A stretch of DNA of 64,000 bases, from assembly GCF_964204865.1 (NCBI RefSeq), contig NC_135263.1, positions 11,408,001 to 11,472,000 on the forward strand, given 5' to 3'. The position numbers were made by a program, and so were the translations under genes. The number at the start of each line of letters is the position of its first letter. Within the stretch, counting starts at the first letter, position 1. Of the stretch, positions 40,225 through 53,081 are shown one piece after another. The notes under the pieces were generated by a model. The model worked only from the letters and a program-made list of their open reading frames with translations. It was not told the DNA's origin and did not search any database. The DNA comes from Styela clava. Its lineage: Eukaryota.

Positions 40225-43200
40225 TCACCCCATGTGATTCTTGTATATACCCGAACATGATAAATATTGATTTGATCATTTGTTCTTTGTTGTTGGTATT
40301 TTCAGTTCATGGAAATCAGACAGAAGAGAACATGAACCAAAAATGGATAACTGAATCATTCGTGAAAATGACCACGCCTACCATATCTTGTGTTGGGGGC
40401 TTGGGGCAGGCATATAAGTGAGTACAATCCTATGGGATACAAAATGCACAACAGGTCCCAATAGCCCATTGCAAGTCATGTAGTATACAAAATAAAGCGT
40501 GACATTTGACATTTTACCACACGGAAGCGGAACTGATTACATAACCTTTCGCTTAAAATGTCTTATCCGTGCAATAATGTGTTTCTGTATCCTGCACAAA
40601 TGTCACTAAATGAGGGAGGAAAATGATAAATGAGGGAGGAGCACACTCTCTGTGGTCTCACCCCATGTGATTCTTGTATATATAGCTACTAACCCCCAAA
40701 GGTACCCCATTTCATGTTGAAATCATCATGACAAAGTTAATTTTTCCCAAAATTCGAACAAAGACTTTCGTAGGAATCAAATTACACCAGGTTTAGGAAC
40801 ATAACAGGTTCCATCCAGTCATTATCAAATTAAAATCTATATTCTCAAGACCTTTGGCACTGATTGAAATAATTATATCTAAGTTCCCATCCGTACGATG
40901 TACATAATTACCCTTGTTGAGATAATAGGAATTTCTGTTTATAACGTGAATCACGAGCTCACGTTTACAGTATTTAATAAGGTTTATGATCAACGTATAA
41001 ATACGACTCCGATATCTTTCGATAAGGAGAGAGAAGACGATGTAAACCATTCAAAGCGAGTGTGGATAAGTGTTTTAAGATTTGTATTCTGTGTGTTGTG
41101 GAAATTTACAAATAAAAACATATAGAGATTTTTAACGCATCTTCATTCACGTGAAGCTGAAGGGTGAACGGGTGACTTGCAAGTCAGAGACAATCTACGA
41201 AATAGCAATATACGGTAACATCACATTCATCTAACAATCATTTATGCTATATATATACCCAAACATGATAAATATTGATTTGATCATTTGTTCTTTGTTG
41301 TTGGTATTTTCAGTTTATGGGAATCAAACAGAAAAGAACATGAATCAAAAATGGATAAATGACTCATTCGTGAAAATGGCCACGCCTACCATATCTTGTG
41401 TTGGGGGCTTGGGGCGGGAATATAAGTGAGTACAATCCTACCTTGCTGGGCTACAAAATGCACAACAGGTTCACGTCGAAGACGAGTCGATAATTGAGCA
41501 ATTTCCGGCACATCAATAAGGTCGATATTTTGCAAGTATGGTCTATAGATAAGTTATAGAACTCGCTAAAAATTATTCGTGTTTTTATGCTAGGTAATAT
41601 TACACCATATTGCAACAGTACAACTTAACCGAAATACCGGTAGGTGCTCGCCACTAATACAGTCTAGTAATACTGTAATAATTAGTTCAGAAGATCCAAG
41701 GTGCTGCAGAGACACACAAATAGGTTCGAAGTTCACGATGCAAACGAAGAGACTTTATTAAAATAGTGTAAAATCCACGCTCAAAGCAGATAAAATAAGA
41801 GCGACAAAATACGGTCATTACCAAGCGACAGCAGAAGCAAGAAGAGTGACACTGCGAATCCGCAGCAACGGTTCACATATGCAGTGGTGGTTGGAGTCGA
41901 GTAACTGAAACCAACTGTCCGGCAAATTAGGGCTCAGACTCCACACACCAATGCCTATGCAATACCTAGACACTAAATATAAATAAAATACAAAATAATA
42001 AAAAATAGGACAATTCCAGTCCCGCCACAATATCATGGTTGCGTACATTCTGAGAATCCTACATAAAATTCTTCAACTTACCCTTCATGAGGTAAATGGC
42101 AGAATACTACCAAACAGTCTACCGGCAACGACCCAATAGCCCATTGCAAGTCATATAGTATACAAAATAAAGCATGACATTTGACATTTTACCACACGGA
42201 AGCGGAACTGATTACATAACCTTTCGCTTAAAATGTCTTATCCGTGCAATTATGTGTTTCTGTATCCTGCACAAATGTCACTAAATGATAAATGAGGGAT
42301 GAGCACACTCTCTGTGGTCTCACCCGATGTGATTCTTGTATATACCCAAACATGATAAATATTGATTCGATCATTTGTTCTTTGTTATTGATATTTTCAG
42401 TTTATGAAAATCAAACAAAAAAGAGCATGTCCAAAAATGGATAAATGACTCATTCGTGAAATTGACCACGCCTACCATATCTTGTGTTGGGGGCTTGGGG
42501 CAGGCATATAAGTGAGTACAATCCTACCTTGGTGTGATACAAAATACACAACAGGTTCACGTCAAAGACGAGCCCATAATTGAGCAATTTCTCGCACAAC
42601 AGTAAGGTCGATATTTTGCAAGTAAGGTCTATAGATGAGTTATAGAACTCGCTAAAAAATATTAGTTTTTTTATGCTAGGTAATATTACACCATATCGGG
42701 GTTACGTACATTCTGAGAATCTTACATAAAACTCTTCATATTATCCTTCATGAGGTAAATGGCAGAATACTACCAAACAGTCTACCGGCAACGACCCAAT
42801 AGCTCATTGCAAGTCATATAGTATACCAAATAAAGCATGACATTTGACATTTCACCACACGGAAGCGGAACTGATTATATAACCTTTCGCTTAAAATGTC
42901 TTATCCGGGCAATAATGTGTTTCTGTATCCTGCACAAATGTCACTAAAAACATTGTTAAAGTATAAATTAGTCAAGAAGTTGAACCTCTAAACTGCAAAC
43001 TACAAATCATTTTGTACGGCACGCAATGGGAGGTTTGCCCATTCGTTTTTTTTATGCTAGGTCATATTACACCATATCGTAGTTGCGTACATTCTGAGAA
43101 TCTTACATAAAACTCTTCATATTACCCATCATGAGGTAAATGGCAGAATACTACCAAACAGTCTACCGGCAACGACCCAATAGCTCATTGCAAGTCATAT

Positions 43201-43420
43201 AGTATACAAATAAAGCATGACATTTGACATTTCACCACACGGAAGCGGAACTGATTACATAACATTTCGCTTGAAATGTCTTATCCGTGCAATAATGTGT
43301 TACTGTATCCTGCAAAAATGTCACTAAAAACATTGCTAAAAGTATAAATTAATCAAGAAGTTGAACCTCTAAACTGCAAACTACAAATCATTTTGTACGG
43401 CACGCAATGGGAGGTTTGCC
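40225..43420 (+). repeat. Multiplied upstream modules of gene 8 (putative promoter/first-exon block x3, downstream block x4)
   Basis: gttgggggcttggggc..TATAAGTGAG block at 40413, 41421 and 42507; one copy at gene 9 (51726). cccaatagc.cattgcaagtc...gtcactaaa block at about 40457, 42132, 42795 and 43176; one copy at gene 9 (about 52335). Confidence 0.85.
41611..42029 (-). mobile_element. Probable solo LTR (419 bp)
   Basis: TG...CA ends and a 4-bp TSD ATAT. The empty site (acaccatatcg...gtacattctgag) is visible at about 42690 and 43070. AATAAA on the minus strand near 41755. Confidence 0.7.
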
Positions 43421-44105
43421 CATTTTTACTGGCGCGTAATAATATAGCAACCATTCGGTATATGGTTTCAGTATGCATTAGCATTTAGTGGTTGTACTTG
43501 AATTTACTACCGATTGAGTATACAGCACCTTGCGATGAGCAAGTTCTCATAAAATAAATTATTATCCATATCTACCTGTAGGAAATGCTTATCATAAAAA
43601 TGTGAAACGAGTGAATCAAATAGGATTTTACACCCGTTTCATATACTATAACAATATGAAGGTTTTTACTGGCGCGGTGAGAGTGCCAATGTGACAAAGT
43701 TGCTCTTTTTAATTAAGCATTTTTAATGAGAATTAAAATTAGATTTTTAGTAATGTGAATTTGGTAACGCGTATTAAGCATTTTTAATGAGAATCATAAA
43801 TAGATTATAGTAATGTGAATTTGGTATCGTGCTTTTATTTCAATTCTTAAAAGACCATACGATTAAAGCACTCGTGTACTGAATATTTCAACATACAGAG
43901 ATTGGCATTACTTGCACACACGCAATCTCGCCAGTCAGGTTATATTACGCTATGAACAGCCCATCCTGACAAGTTCATGTGAATTTAAACACACTCCAAA
44001 AGAAGCACTTTGAAAAGGACACAATATCACTATTGTTGGCTAAATTTCTTATCAGCTTTTTACAAGGTGAATTCTATTTTTTAGATTGTGTAATATCGAA
44101 CAAAT

Positions 44106-45516
44106 ATGCAAACCAAATTGTTGATTGTTCTTGGTCTTGTGGCGATTCTTGCCTTTGAATGTGGTGATTCCTTTTGGAGAAGAAGGCATTACAGAAGAAG
44201 ACATCACTGTTCCTACTCCTACAAGGCTCACTACTATTCCATCCTGAGGCACTATCATACTGTCAACTCAAGATACCACGTCATCTTGAGGAATTACAGG
44301 ATCCTTGTCAATTACATACATCACGTTGGCGTCAAAGCACTCCGATACGGAGGCCACGTGACTGCCATAGGAAGACAACTTCTTCATCAGTATTCCAGAC
44401 ACCAGTAAGCAATCCCCGATCAATATTAGTGTGTTTAATATGAAAATAGACGGCGCTTTTAACAATTAAAGTCTTTGTGCCGAACAATATTAGTGGCACA
44501 CAGATTAATGTCGAGATGCCAAGGATAAAAAGTTTAATTTCTAGAATTAAAAAAAGTTTGTAATACCCTCTTTTCTACAATTTAGGAATGAAAATTCTAT
44601 ACTGTTTGTGCTATCTTCTACCCCAAAATTAAAAACTGTATTTTAATTGAATTTTCGGAATTTTTATCTAATAATCACCCCGCCTAACGTTCTCAAAATA
44701 AGATCGTATTTTTCGGTTTTATGTATATTTGCCAAAATAAGTAGCCCTCTTTGACGTGTGTAGCTGAATGAACGTAATTTTGCACCAACTACTAGATTCT
44801 AAGTATTACGAAATGCGTTGATTGAGGATTGTTATATATTCCGAGCCAATAAAATTTGAAAATTTATCATATTTCAGCCATATATCTCATGTCTACGGAG
44901 ATGAAGAAGATATCGAAGAGAGTGATCTTTTTGCCGAAAAAGATGTTCGTAAATTTATTTTTATTTGAATAAAATTTGGAAGTCATTTACCGTTTCAAAT
45001 AAATCGAAATATGCCAACTTTGATCTCATGTTTTAAATTATTGACAACAAAATCAAGATGTGACGTTATATTCACGATAACCACCATAATGATGTCAAAT
45101 ATCTTTAACTTTAACCACAATGCTTTACTACTTGCATTCAAAAGAATGCTCACTATATATATGTCCGAGAAGAACGAGTATTGATATATATAAAATATCA
45201 TTGTACGTTAAGAATATTCGAACTGATAAAAATAAATAATATTGATCTTACATAAACTTTATCAACAGAATGATAGTTTCGAACAAGAATTTGATGACCA
45301 GAACGATGATCGGGATATGGTCGAAGACTCTGAAGATATGAGTGAAAACGAAAATGAAGAAGACCTGAAGGAACTCCCCGAAAAAGGTGAACATATTTAA
45401 GTTGTGTTACTTGTGTTGTAAAAGGATTGATGATTGTTGTTAAGCCTTTGATTTGAATGATTTTCTTATTTTAAGCTGAAGACGTCAACAAGGATCATAA
45501 TCTCAACGACAAATAG
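44106..45516 (+). CDS. Cluster gene 8: His/Tyr-rich, clavanin-reminiscent prepropeptide (174 aa)
   Basis: Exons 44106-44404, 44878-44944, 45269-45386, 45476-45516 (525 nt open). MQTKLLIVLGLVAILAFECGDS FWRRRHYRRRHHCSYSYKAHYY...YIHHVGVKALRYGG...YSRHH HISHVY-G-DEEDIEESDLFAEKD NDSFEQEF...LPEK AEDVNKDHNLNDK*. Confidence 0.9.
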
Positions 45517-48277
45517 TCTGCTAGGAGAAAATGACAAAATTTTACAACCTGACCTAGAACCGAAGCTGAAACAAATGTTGTCTATAGATAGCTCTATGCG
45601 TTCATAGACCATACTTATGTGAACTTTTCTTTATCCTTTCACGTGAAATTGTCATTGTCTGCATAATCATAAATATACTGCATAAAGAAAAATTTTGACA
45701 AAATTATTTATACACAAACATCCGTGTCAGTGTTGCTTCTCAGTGCCACGTCATATTCAATGAAAAGATACGTTGTAGCGTTGGATTCAGCTTTATTAAT
45801 ACGAAATGCATGCCACAAAATTAGGTTAGATGATATCCAATATACAGCATTAGATATGTCAGGTCGGGGTCTATTCGAGATTCAGTCAGCAAATCTTCTA
45901 GAAGGAAACAGCAAAATGTTTCAGACAGCGTTATCGAAATAGATGAAGTGGTGAAGATGAACCATGTGGTATGGTGAATAGTCCTTTTCAAACGGAATTT
46001 ACGTCTTGCCCACGGTGATATGAAGACATAAACTGCAAAATAAAGTGAATGATTGAATATACTTCTCTAACTTATAATTAATATCAAAACCAACACAGAG
46101 AATAGGGAGAGAAAAATGACAAATACGTGAAATCAGGGGGTTCAACTCACCAAGACAGAGATTTTTCCTTTTTTTTTTGAGTGAATGATATTCATGTTTT
46201 ATAATTAACAACGATGAATCTGCTATTTTGTTCGATTTTTAATGTCTTGAGACGATGAAGTGATAATAAAAGTTCAGTTTCTGCAATTTTGTTCAATTTC
46301 AATTCTGTATTCTATCATCGAATAAAAAACGATTCGAAGTAAGAAAACATCACCGGCTCAATTTCTCACGCTTTTCATATCTCAGTTTAGAAATGGCCTT
46401 GTTGCATTCCAGTCATGCAGAGTGAAAGTAACGTGAAACTCATAAAATTTATTGAACTTCGTTATACTATAAACATGAGGAATGTTGAATATAGGAGATG
46501 AATAGATATTTACTAAATCTAATCCCCTGACAGTAATGATGAATTGTACTGCAAGTGTTTTTGACATGGTTCTTTCGATTTGCGGGGTTGCGACCCATTT
46601 CAACGACTTTAAAACATCTCGCGAGAATTTTAATTTCCCGCCATTAATTAAATGACTGCCATATGCATCATTTTTGGAATGGGTGTACGAAATGTTACAT
46701 TAATTTATGCCATTTTTCATATATATTAACCATTTTTAGGCTTTTCATGAAAAATTTAATCACACTCAAAGCAGTACCGCTTTGTGATTTCACATTATCC
46801 ATATCTATTATGACGTAACAAAATTACCATATGCCGCGCCTTTGGCGATAGAATTCCCTTTAACACACGGTGGACGCTCGCTGCATTTTATGCAGTAGGG
46901 AGATTGAGAATGCTAGACTTATGTGTGACTATACTACTGACTTTTCTGTCACGTAAAATATTCAATTCGTGACAGCTACGAGAATCTATAAAAAAAAATT
47001 CTATATTGATATAATTGTGTCCAACGTAACTCACAGTTGTGTATTCTTTCATCAAAATTTAAACATTACTAGTCTAAAATACCGCTTAATCTGTTGACGT
47101 AAAAATCTGAGATAAACATGTCTAATTGTATTTAGTGTCGATACTTTTATGTGATCTTACGAATTCGTTGTCGCCGTTAGAAAAATCTCAAAATCTGTAA
47201 TAAAAATCTCCTATAGTACAATTAAATACATATGGAGTATATCAGTTAATCAAAATTGCATCTTTATCGCCTCGAAATCCCCGCGGAACGACTTTTTCGA
47301 CGGATAATAACAATTTTTCTGTTGTGCAAAGTAATCAATCCATGACCGATACTGCCATATTTAAAAAATGTCTTGATTTGTTATAATATACTTGTCTTCG
47401 ATTTAACCTGCGGCGGCGTCACCAAAATAAATGCCTCCCTACCCTAAAAGACCACGTCAATCCGCTGATATAAAAATGTGTGGTAAACATCCCGGTTATA
47501 TCTAGTTTTGATCCGTATTTTTGCTTTTTTGCGGATTCGACAAATCTGAGCTGTACTTGAAACAATGACACCGCTCTATAGCAAAGCTGTCACTCAGATT
47601 ATTTTCAAGATGAAACAGTTAGAAAAAAAAAAACATATCTGCTATAAAGTCTCACGGAGTAAAATGTATTCATACATCACCACGAACCTTATAATATGAA
47701 TCATATAATATAATGGATAAAAAGGTAAAATCCGCGCACAATTGATTGTGTTTCGACTTTCGATTCTAGTGACGTTATGATTCTCAACGCCGTCCAAACT
47801 TATGTGTGCCCTAGAGCGCTAGGCACACGAAATTTCGCATTTTACAATGTCTTGAAAAACTTTTTTTCTGTCGCGGGCCTTCCACAATTGTTTAAGGTTT
47901 CATAATTTAGTATTTTATATTGACGCCTTTCAATCAAAAAATTTGCGTCTCCGATTCACTCCTTTATTTGACTTCAGCATCTCGACGCCGATGATTGTAT
48001 AATGACTCTCAGGGAATTCACAATTCTGGGCAATTACAAAAGAAAGTGATTATTATCGTTGTCGTGAAATAATTTTTATGATTCAGAGAGAATAGATATC
48101 AACTTTAAAGTGTTCACGGCCTAAATAACACGTCACGCTGACAAAAACAATCGGCGATTTAAGCAAAAAGCTGTACGAATTGCCCAAAAGTATGATTTGA
48201 TAAAATAATATTCAATATTTCACAATTTTTTAAAGGGCAAAAAGTAACTCGACAGTAGTAGTAGTAAGTCGTTAAAC

Positions 48278-49561
48278 CAGGGGTCACCAAACTACGGCCC
48301 GCGGGCCGGATCCGGCCCGCGGCGTCATTTTATCCGGTCCGCAATAACACGCAAAAATGGCTAAATTTTTTTCCAAGGAAGATTTTCACGAGCATCGTCG
48401 TCCTTGTTTATTTCGTAACATTGGCCAATCGGCAAGATGCAGAAAAGTGACGTAATAACACTTTTGTCACCCTAACAGATTTTCAGTCGTGGTTGTAAAC
48501 AAAACTTCGTTTTTGCGACTTTGAATGCTACCAGTACGTAACGTTTTCTGCGATACACTTGTACACTCCTGGCGCTTGCTTTCGACGAAACTGTTTGTTT
48601 TTTGTGCTAAAATAAACGTCGAATGTGCATCTTGTGCTAACAGTACTGTAATCCCTCGCGTACTGCTCCAATTTCAAAAGCCACACTAACTTTTGTACTG
48701 CTTTAATGCGGATATTCATGTAGGTATGTTACAAAAAAATTGAAGTTCTTCCGATTTAAATAAAAACTAACGGAGATATCGGAATTTTAGTACCGCCCGA
48801 CTGCCAATTTTTTCCATAATGATTGTATTACTTTTTTGATAAGAACTGTACTAAATATGGAAAAATAACACATATCAATCACTAATCTTTCGATGTGCGT
48901 CATATCTATGGTATATTGAGATAATTTCAGGATTTTATTCTGGCAACTGTCATTGACACCGCCGAATGATCGTCGCAAATAAACGCTGGAGTTGTGCATG
49001 ATAGTTTGACAGTGGTTCATTGTGGGTAATAATTAACGATGTTCTGATTGTACGAACTTCATAAAAATTGGTACGTATCAAGTTAGACAAGAAATACACA
49101 CGTCCATATAAATTTTATTGGTGTCCATAGACAATATCAATAATTTGCACTACGTATAACTGGAGCGTAATTTTTAAAAGCGTCGAATGTTGGGAAATTT
49201 ATGCGCATGAAATTCAAATACCAGATAATAGTTGTTTATTTTATCTAAATTATGTCAAAATTTCATAGAATTCCAAGATACAGGAGGCAGTCGTTTTTAT
49301 GAGCGATATTTCAACACGGCGTAACGGTACTTAGCAAACGTGATGCGTACATTTTTTGTCGCGGATTTTGTAACATTTCTAATTCATGACAGCAACGTTT
49401 TGATAACAGCTAAACTCCTTGGATGTTCTCGATCTATATTCTGCGATATTCCCAACATTTGTGAATTTATTGTATTGCATTGACAAAAATATTCATCCGG
49501 CCCGTTTCAACACAATTTGAGTCATACCCGGTCCGCGGACAAAAAAGTTTGGTGACCCCTG
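48278..49561. mobile_element. hAT (Charlie-like) non-autonomous element
   Basis: TIRs CAGGGGTCACCAAACT / AGTTTGGTGACCCCTG; 8-bp TSD CGTTAAAC. Confidence 0.93.
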
Positions 49562-51932
49562 CGTTAAACGAGTAGTTTTAGTTGAAGTAGCGAAGCGTTT
49601 CCGAAAGTAGCCAAATATGGCAACACTGCATCGCGCATGCTTATCTACACCAAAGTGATTATAGTCACTACACTGATTTCGCGTACAGATTTCGGCCTCT
49701 CGTCGATTGCAGGTAAATATTGCATGTTTTTCCAATCAATTCGTGGAATTGTTAGTTTTTGTTCAAATGTAGAATGTTTGTGACACTACAAAAATAAATA
49801 TCTGAATCTGCCTCAAATCACTTGGCGTGCCATGAGAAATTCTCTCGCGTGCCACAATTGGCACGCGTGCCAGGGGTTGCCGACCCCTGCTAGCTATTGA
49901 GGCTCATGTTTTATACCGATATTCGGTGCAGTGTGGGAATCATCATTACGTTTAAACACAGAATAAGTTGTAGCCTACCTACTGACCGAGAAATCTATAT
50001 CGACAAAAAGTCGGGTCACATATTTTACGAGGTAATTTTTTTTTTAATACGGCATATTGAAATTGAGATCACTATAGTAAACCTATGGCTGAGTTCATAC
50101 CTAAAAATTTTACAGATGAAAAATATACTTGTCTGTAGGTTCTGTTAAGTGTCATTTACACCAAATTGATAATTTCTACAAATGGTATTACAGTATATAA
50201 TTATCTGTGACTGTATCATAATCTTGCTAGCTTATGTGATGTGCAAGATTGGTTTTATTAAACCCTCATGCCTCTACCAACGCATCTGACGGTTGTCGAA
50301 GTTACTTGCTGGCTCACTTTGCCGATTAACAAAATAGACGGCAGAAAGAAAAAAAATATCAAATCAAGCATCAAATTACAGCATTTAAAAGAAGTAAAAA
50401 ATGACTTAAGCGTTGTCACGTGAAATCACATTGATTTCGCAAGCATGTAAAATCAATGAAAGCCGTGTGGAAGTCTCTGAGAAAGAGTGCTATATGTGGA
50501 GAAAACCTACACTTCATCAATCTTCAATACATTTTTAGTGAAGTTGGAAACAGGAAATAGGCATAAAATACTCGAAGAGCTGAAAACATTTCCAGCACTG
50601 ATTTTATAGTTTTATTCAAAAGTTTTATTTTCAAATAAAACACAAATATGTGCGCAAAACCTTGAATCTAGCTCTATCACACACAAGTGTTATAAAAAGA
50701 TGGTACCAAAAGGTTCGTTTCGTTTTGGACATCTTGAGTTTAGGCTTTCATTTTCATCAACTGCTTATACTGCGATAATATACAAAAGCAGTATGCTCGT
50801 CAGCTTTGCATTTTAGAGTGTTTACAGATTCAGAGAGTTGTAAATATTTTGCTATTCGCTATAAAACTATTTGTAACCCATAAAAATTGCGTTATATATT
50901 TGACTGACCATCTGCACTTGTATACACGATATTCTAATACAATGTAGATCATAGGCATGATGTAGATCTCGTTCTTGAAAAAATGTGGTGGTTTGAGCGA
51001 TTACACAGTAGATATAAGTGGAAACAATTGTTTTTGAATGATCTCCTAAAAACGCAATAAACTCCACGAGAGAGATTTCACCAAAGTCTTCAGTTGGTCT
51101 CGCTCACGCTAGTTCTATTTATATGTATAGCTCGGGTACTACAGAGCCAGGCCACGCAGTGATTTTGAGATCGTCATAATATACATACAAATACATGGAA
51201 ATACATACCAAATACATGGAAATGGGAAAGCGATTCCGAAAAGCCACCTCGGGTGATGTTCTGTAGTCGTGAATGTTCGCTTTTGACTGATACATTGCCC
51301 ATATTACTCATCACCGGCTTACGCAAAATGAAAGAAAAATAGCACGGTATGGTGGGCTCGGATCTATTAGCGTTTCATACTTTATAAGAAACGAATCCAT
51401 ATCAGGCGAATATGCAAGAAAAATCGACGAAAATAATTGATTTCTGTGGAATACCATAATAAATGCAATTCGCGGCACGTCTTCAAAACGAGAAAGCCTT
51501 GATCACACATAAATGAGGGAGGAGCACACTCTCTGTGGTCTCACCCCATGTGATTTTTGTATATACCCAAACATGATAAATATTGATTCGATCATTTGTT
51601 CTTTGTTGTAGGTATCTTCAGTTTATGAGAATCAAACAGAAAAGACAAAAAATGGATAAATTACTCATTCGTGAAAATGACCACGTCTACCATATATATC
51701 TTGTGTTGGGGGCCTACGGCAGGCATATAAGTGAGCACAATCTTACCTTGCTGTGACACAAAATGCACAACAGGTCCACGTCGAGGAGGAGTCGATGATT
51801 GAGCAATTTCCGGCACATTAGTAAGATCGAAATTTTGAAAGTAAGGTATATAGGTGAGCTATAGAACTCGCTAAAAAATATTCCTTTTTTTATGCATCAT
51901 ATCGGGGTTGCGGACATTCTGAGAATCTTATA

Positions 51933-52263
51933 TAGGAAGTCCTCGACTTACGACGTTGTTCCGTTTTTGAGAAGCGGTGTAAGTTGGAACATTATACTGT
52001 ACAGTACATAAATTACTCTATAGGCCTACATATCGTACTGTTTTGTAAAGTATGGTACAGTAATAAAATGTACAAATAATGCAAAAAGTAGGCGATGTAA
52101 AATACGAAAACCAATGAGCCCAACGCACTGATTTTCTTGATCACAGTGATCCAGTTTAAGGGCTTAGATATTACAGTACAGTAATATCTTTTATATTTTT
52201 TGGAGTGCGTTAGTAACCTCGAAACAGCGCAAGTCGCGACCGTCGTAACCCGAGGACTCCCTG
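51933..52263. mobile_element. Tc1/mariner (Tigger/pogo-like) MITE
   Basis: Degenerate TIRs TAGGAAGTCCTCGACTTACGAC / GTCGTAACCCGAGGACTCCCTG. It interrupts gagaatctta-ca-taaaactc, which is intact in the paralogous copies at about 42715 and 43096. Confidence 0.8.
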
Positions 52264-53081
52264 AATAAAACTCTTCATATTACCCTTCATGAAGTAAATG
52301 GCAGAATACTACCAAACAATCTACCGCCAACGACCCAATAGCTCATTGCAAGTCATATAGTATACAAAATAAAGCATGACATTTGACATTTTACCACACG
52401 GAAGCGGACCTGATCACATAACCTTTCGCTTGAAATGTCTTATCCGTGCAATAATGTGTTTCTGTATCCTGCACAAATGTCACTAAAAACATTGCTAAAA
52501 GTATAAATTAGTCTGAAACTTGAACCTCTCAACTGCAAACTACAAATCATTTTGTACGGCACGCAATGGCAGGTTCGCCAAATTTTACTGGCGCGTAATA
52601 ATATTGAATCAAATAGGATATTGCACCCGTTTCACATTCTAGCTTTTCTTGGCGCGGTGAGAGTGCCAAGGTGACAAAGTTGCTCTTTTTAAGCATTTTT
52701 AATGAGAACCAAAATTAGATTTTTAGTAATGTGAATTTGGTATCGCGTATTATGCATTTTTAATGAGAATCATAAATAGATTATTGTAATGTGAATTTGG
52801 TATCGTGCTTTTATTTCAATTCCTAAAAGACCATCCGATTAAAGCACTCGTGTACTGAATATTTCAACATACAGACATTGGCAACACTTGCACACACGCA
52901 ATCTCGCCAGTCAGGTTCTATCACGCTATGAACGGCCCATCTTGACAAGCTCATATGAATTCCAAAACACTCCAAAAGATGCACTTTAGAAAGGACACAC
53001 ATATCACCATCGTTGGGTACAGTGCTCATCAGCTTTTTACAAGATAAATTATATTTTTAGATTGTGTAATATCGAACAAAT

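Noticed and set aside
40684-41248. LTR-like insertion (TATA, AATAAA, ends ...TAACA); similar case at about 4870-5380
   Set aside because: Both are insertions relative to paralogous copies, but I could not define termini or TSDs, so they are left unclassified.
40170-41429. Two similar hydrophobic ORFs (…IDLIICSLLLVFSV…)
   Set aside because: They lie in the repeated upstream module; starts differ and the other copies (42350, 51570) carry indels.
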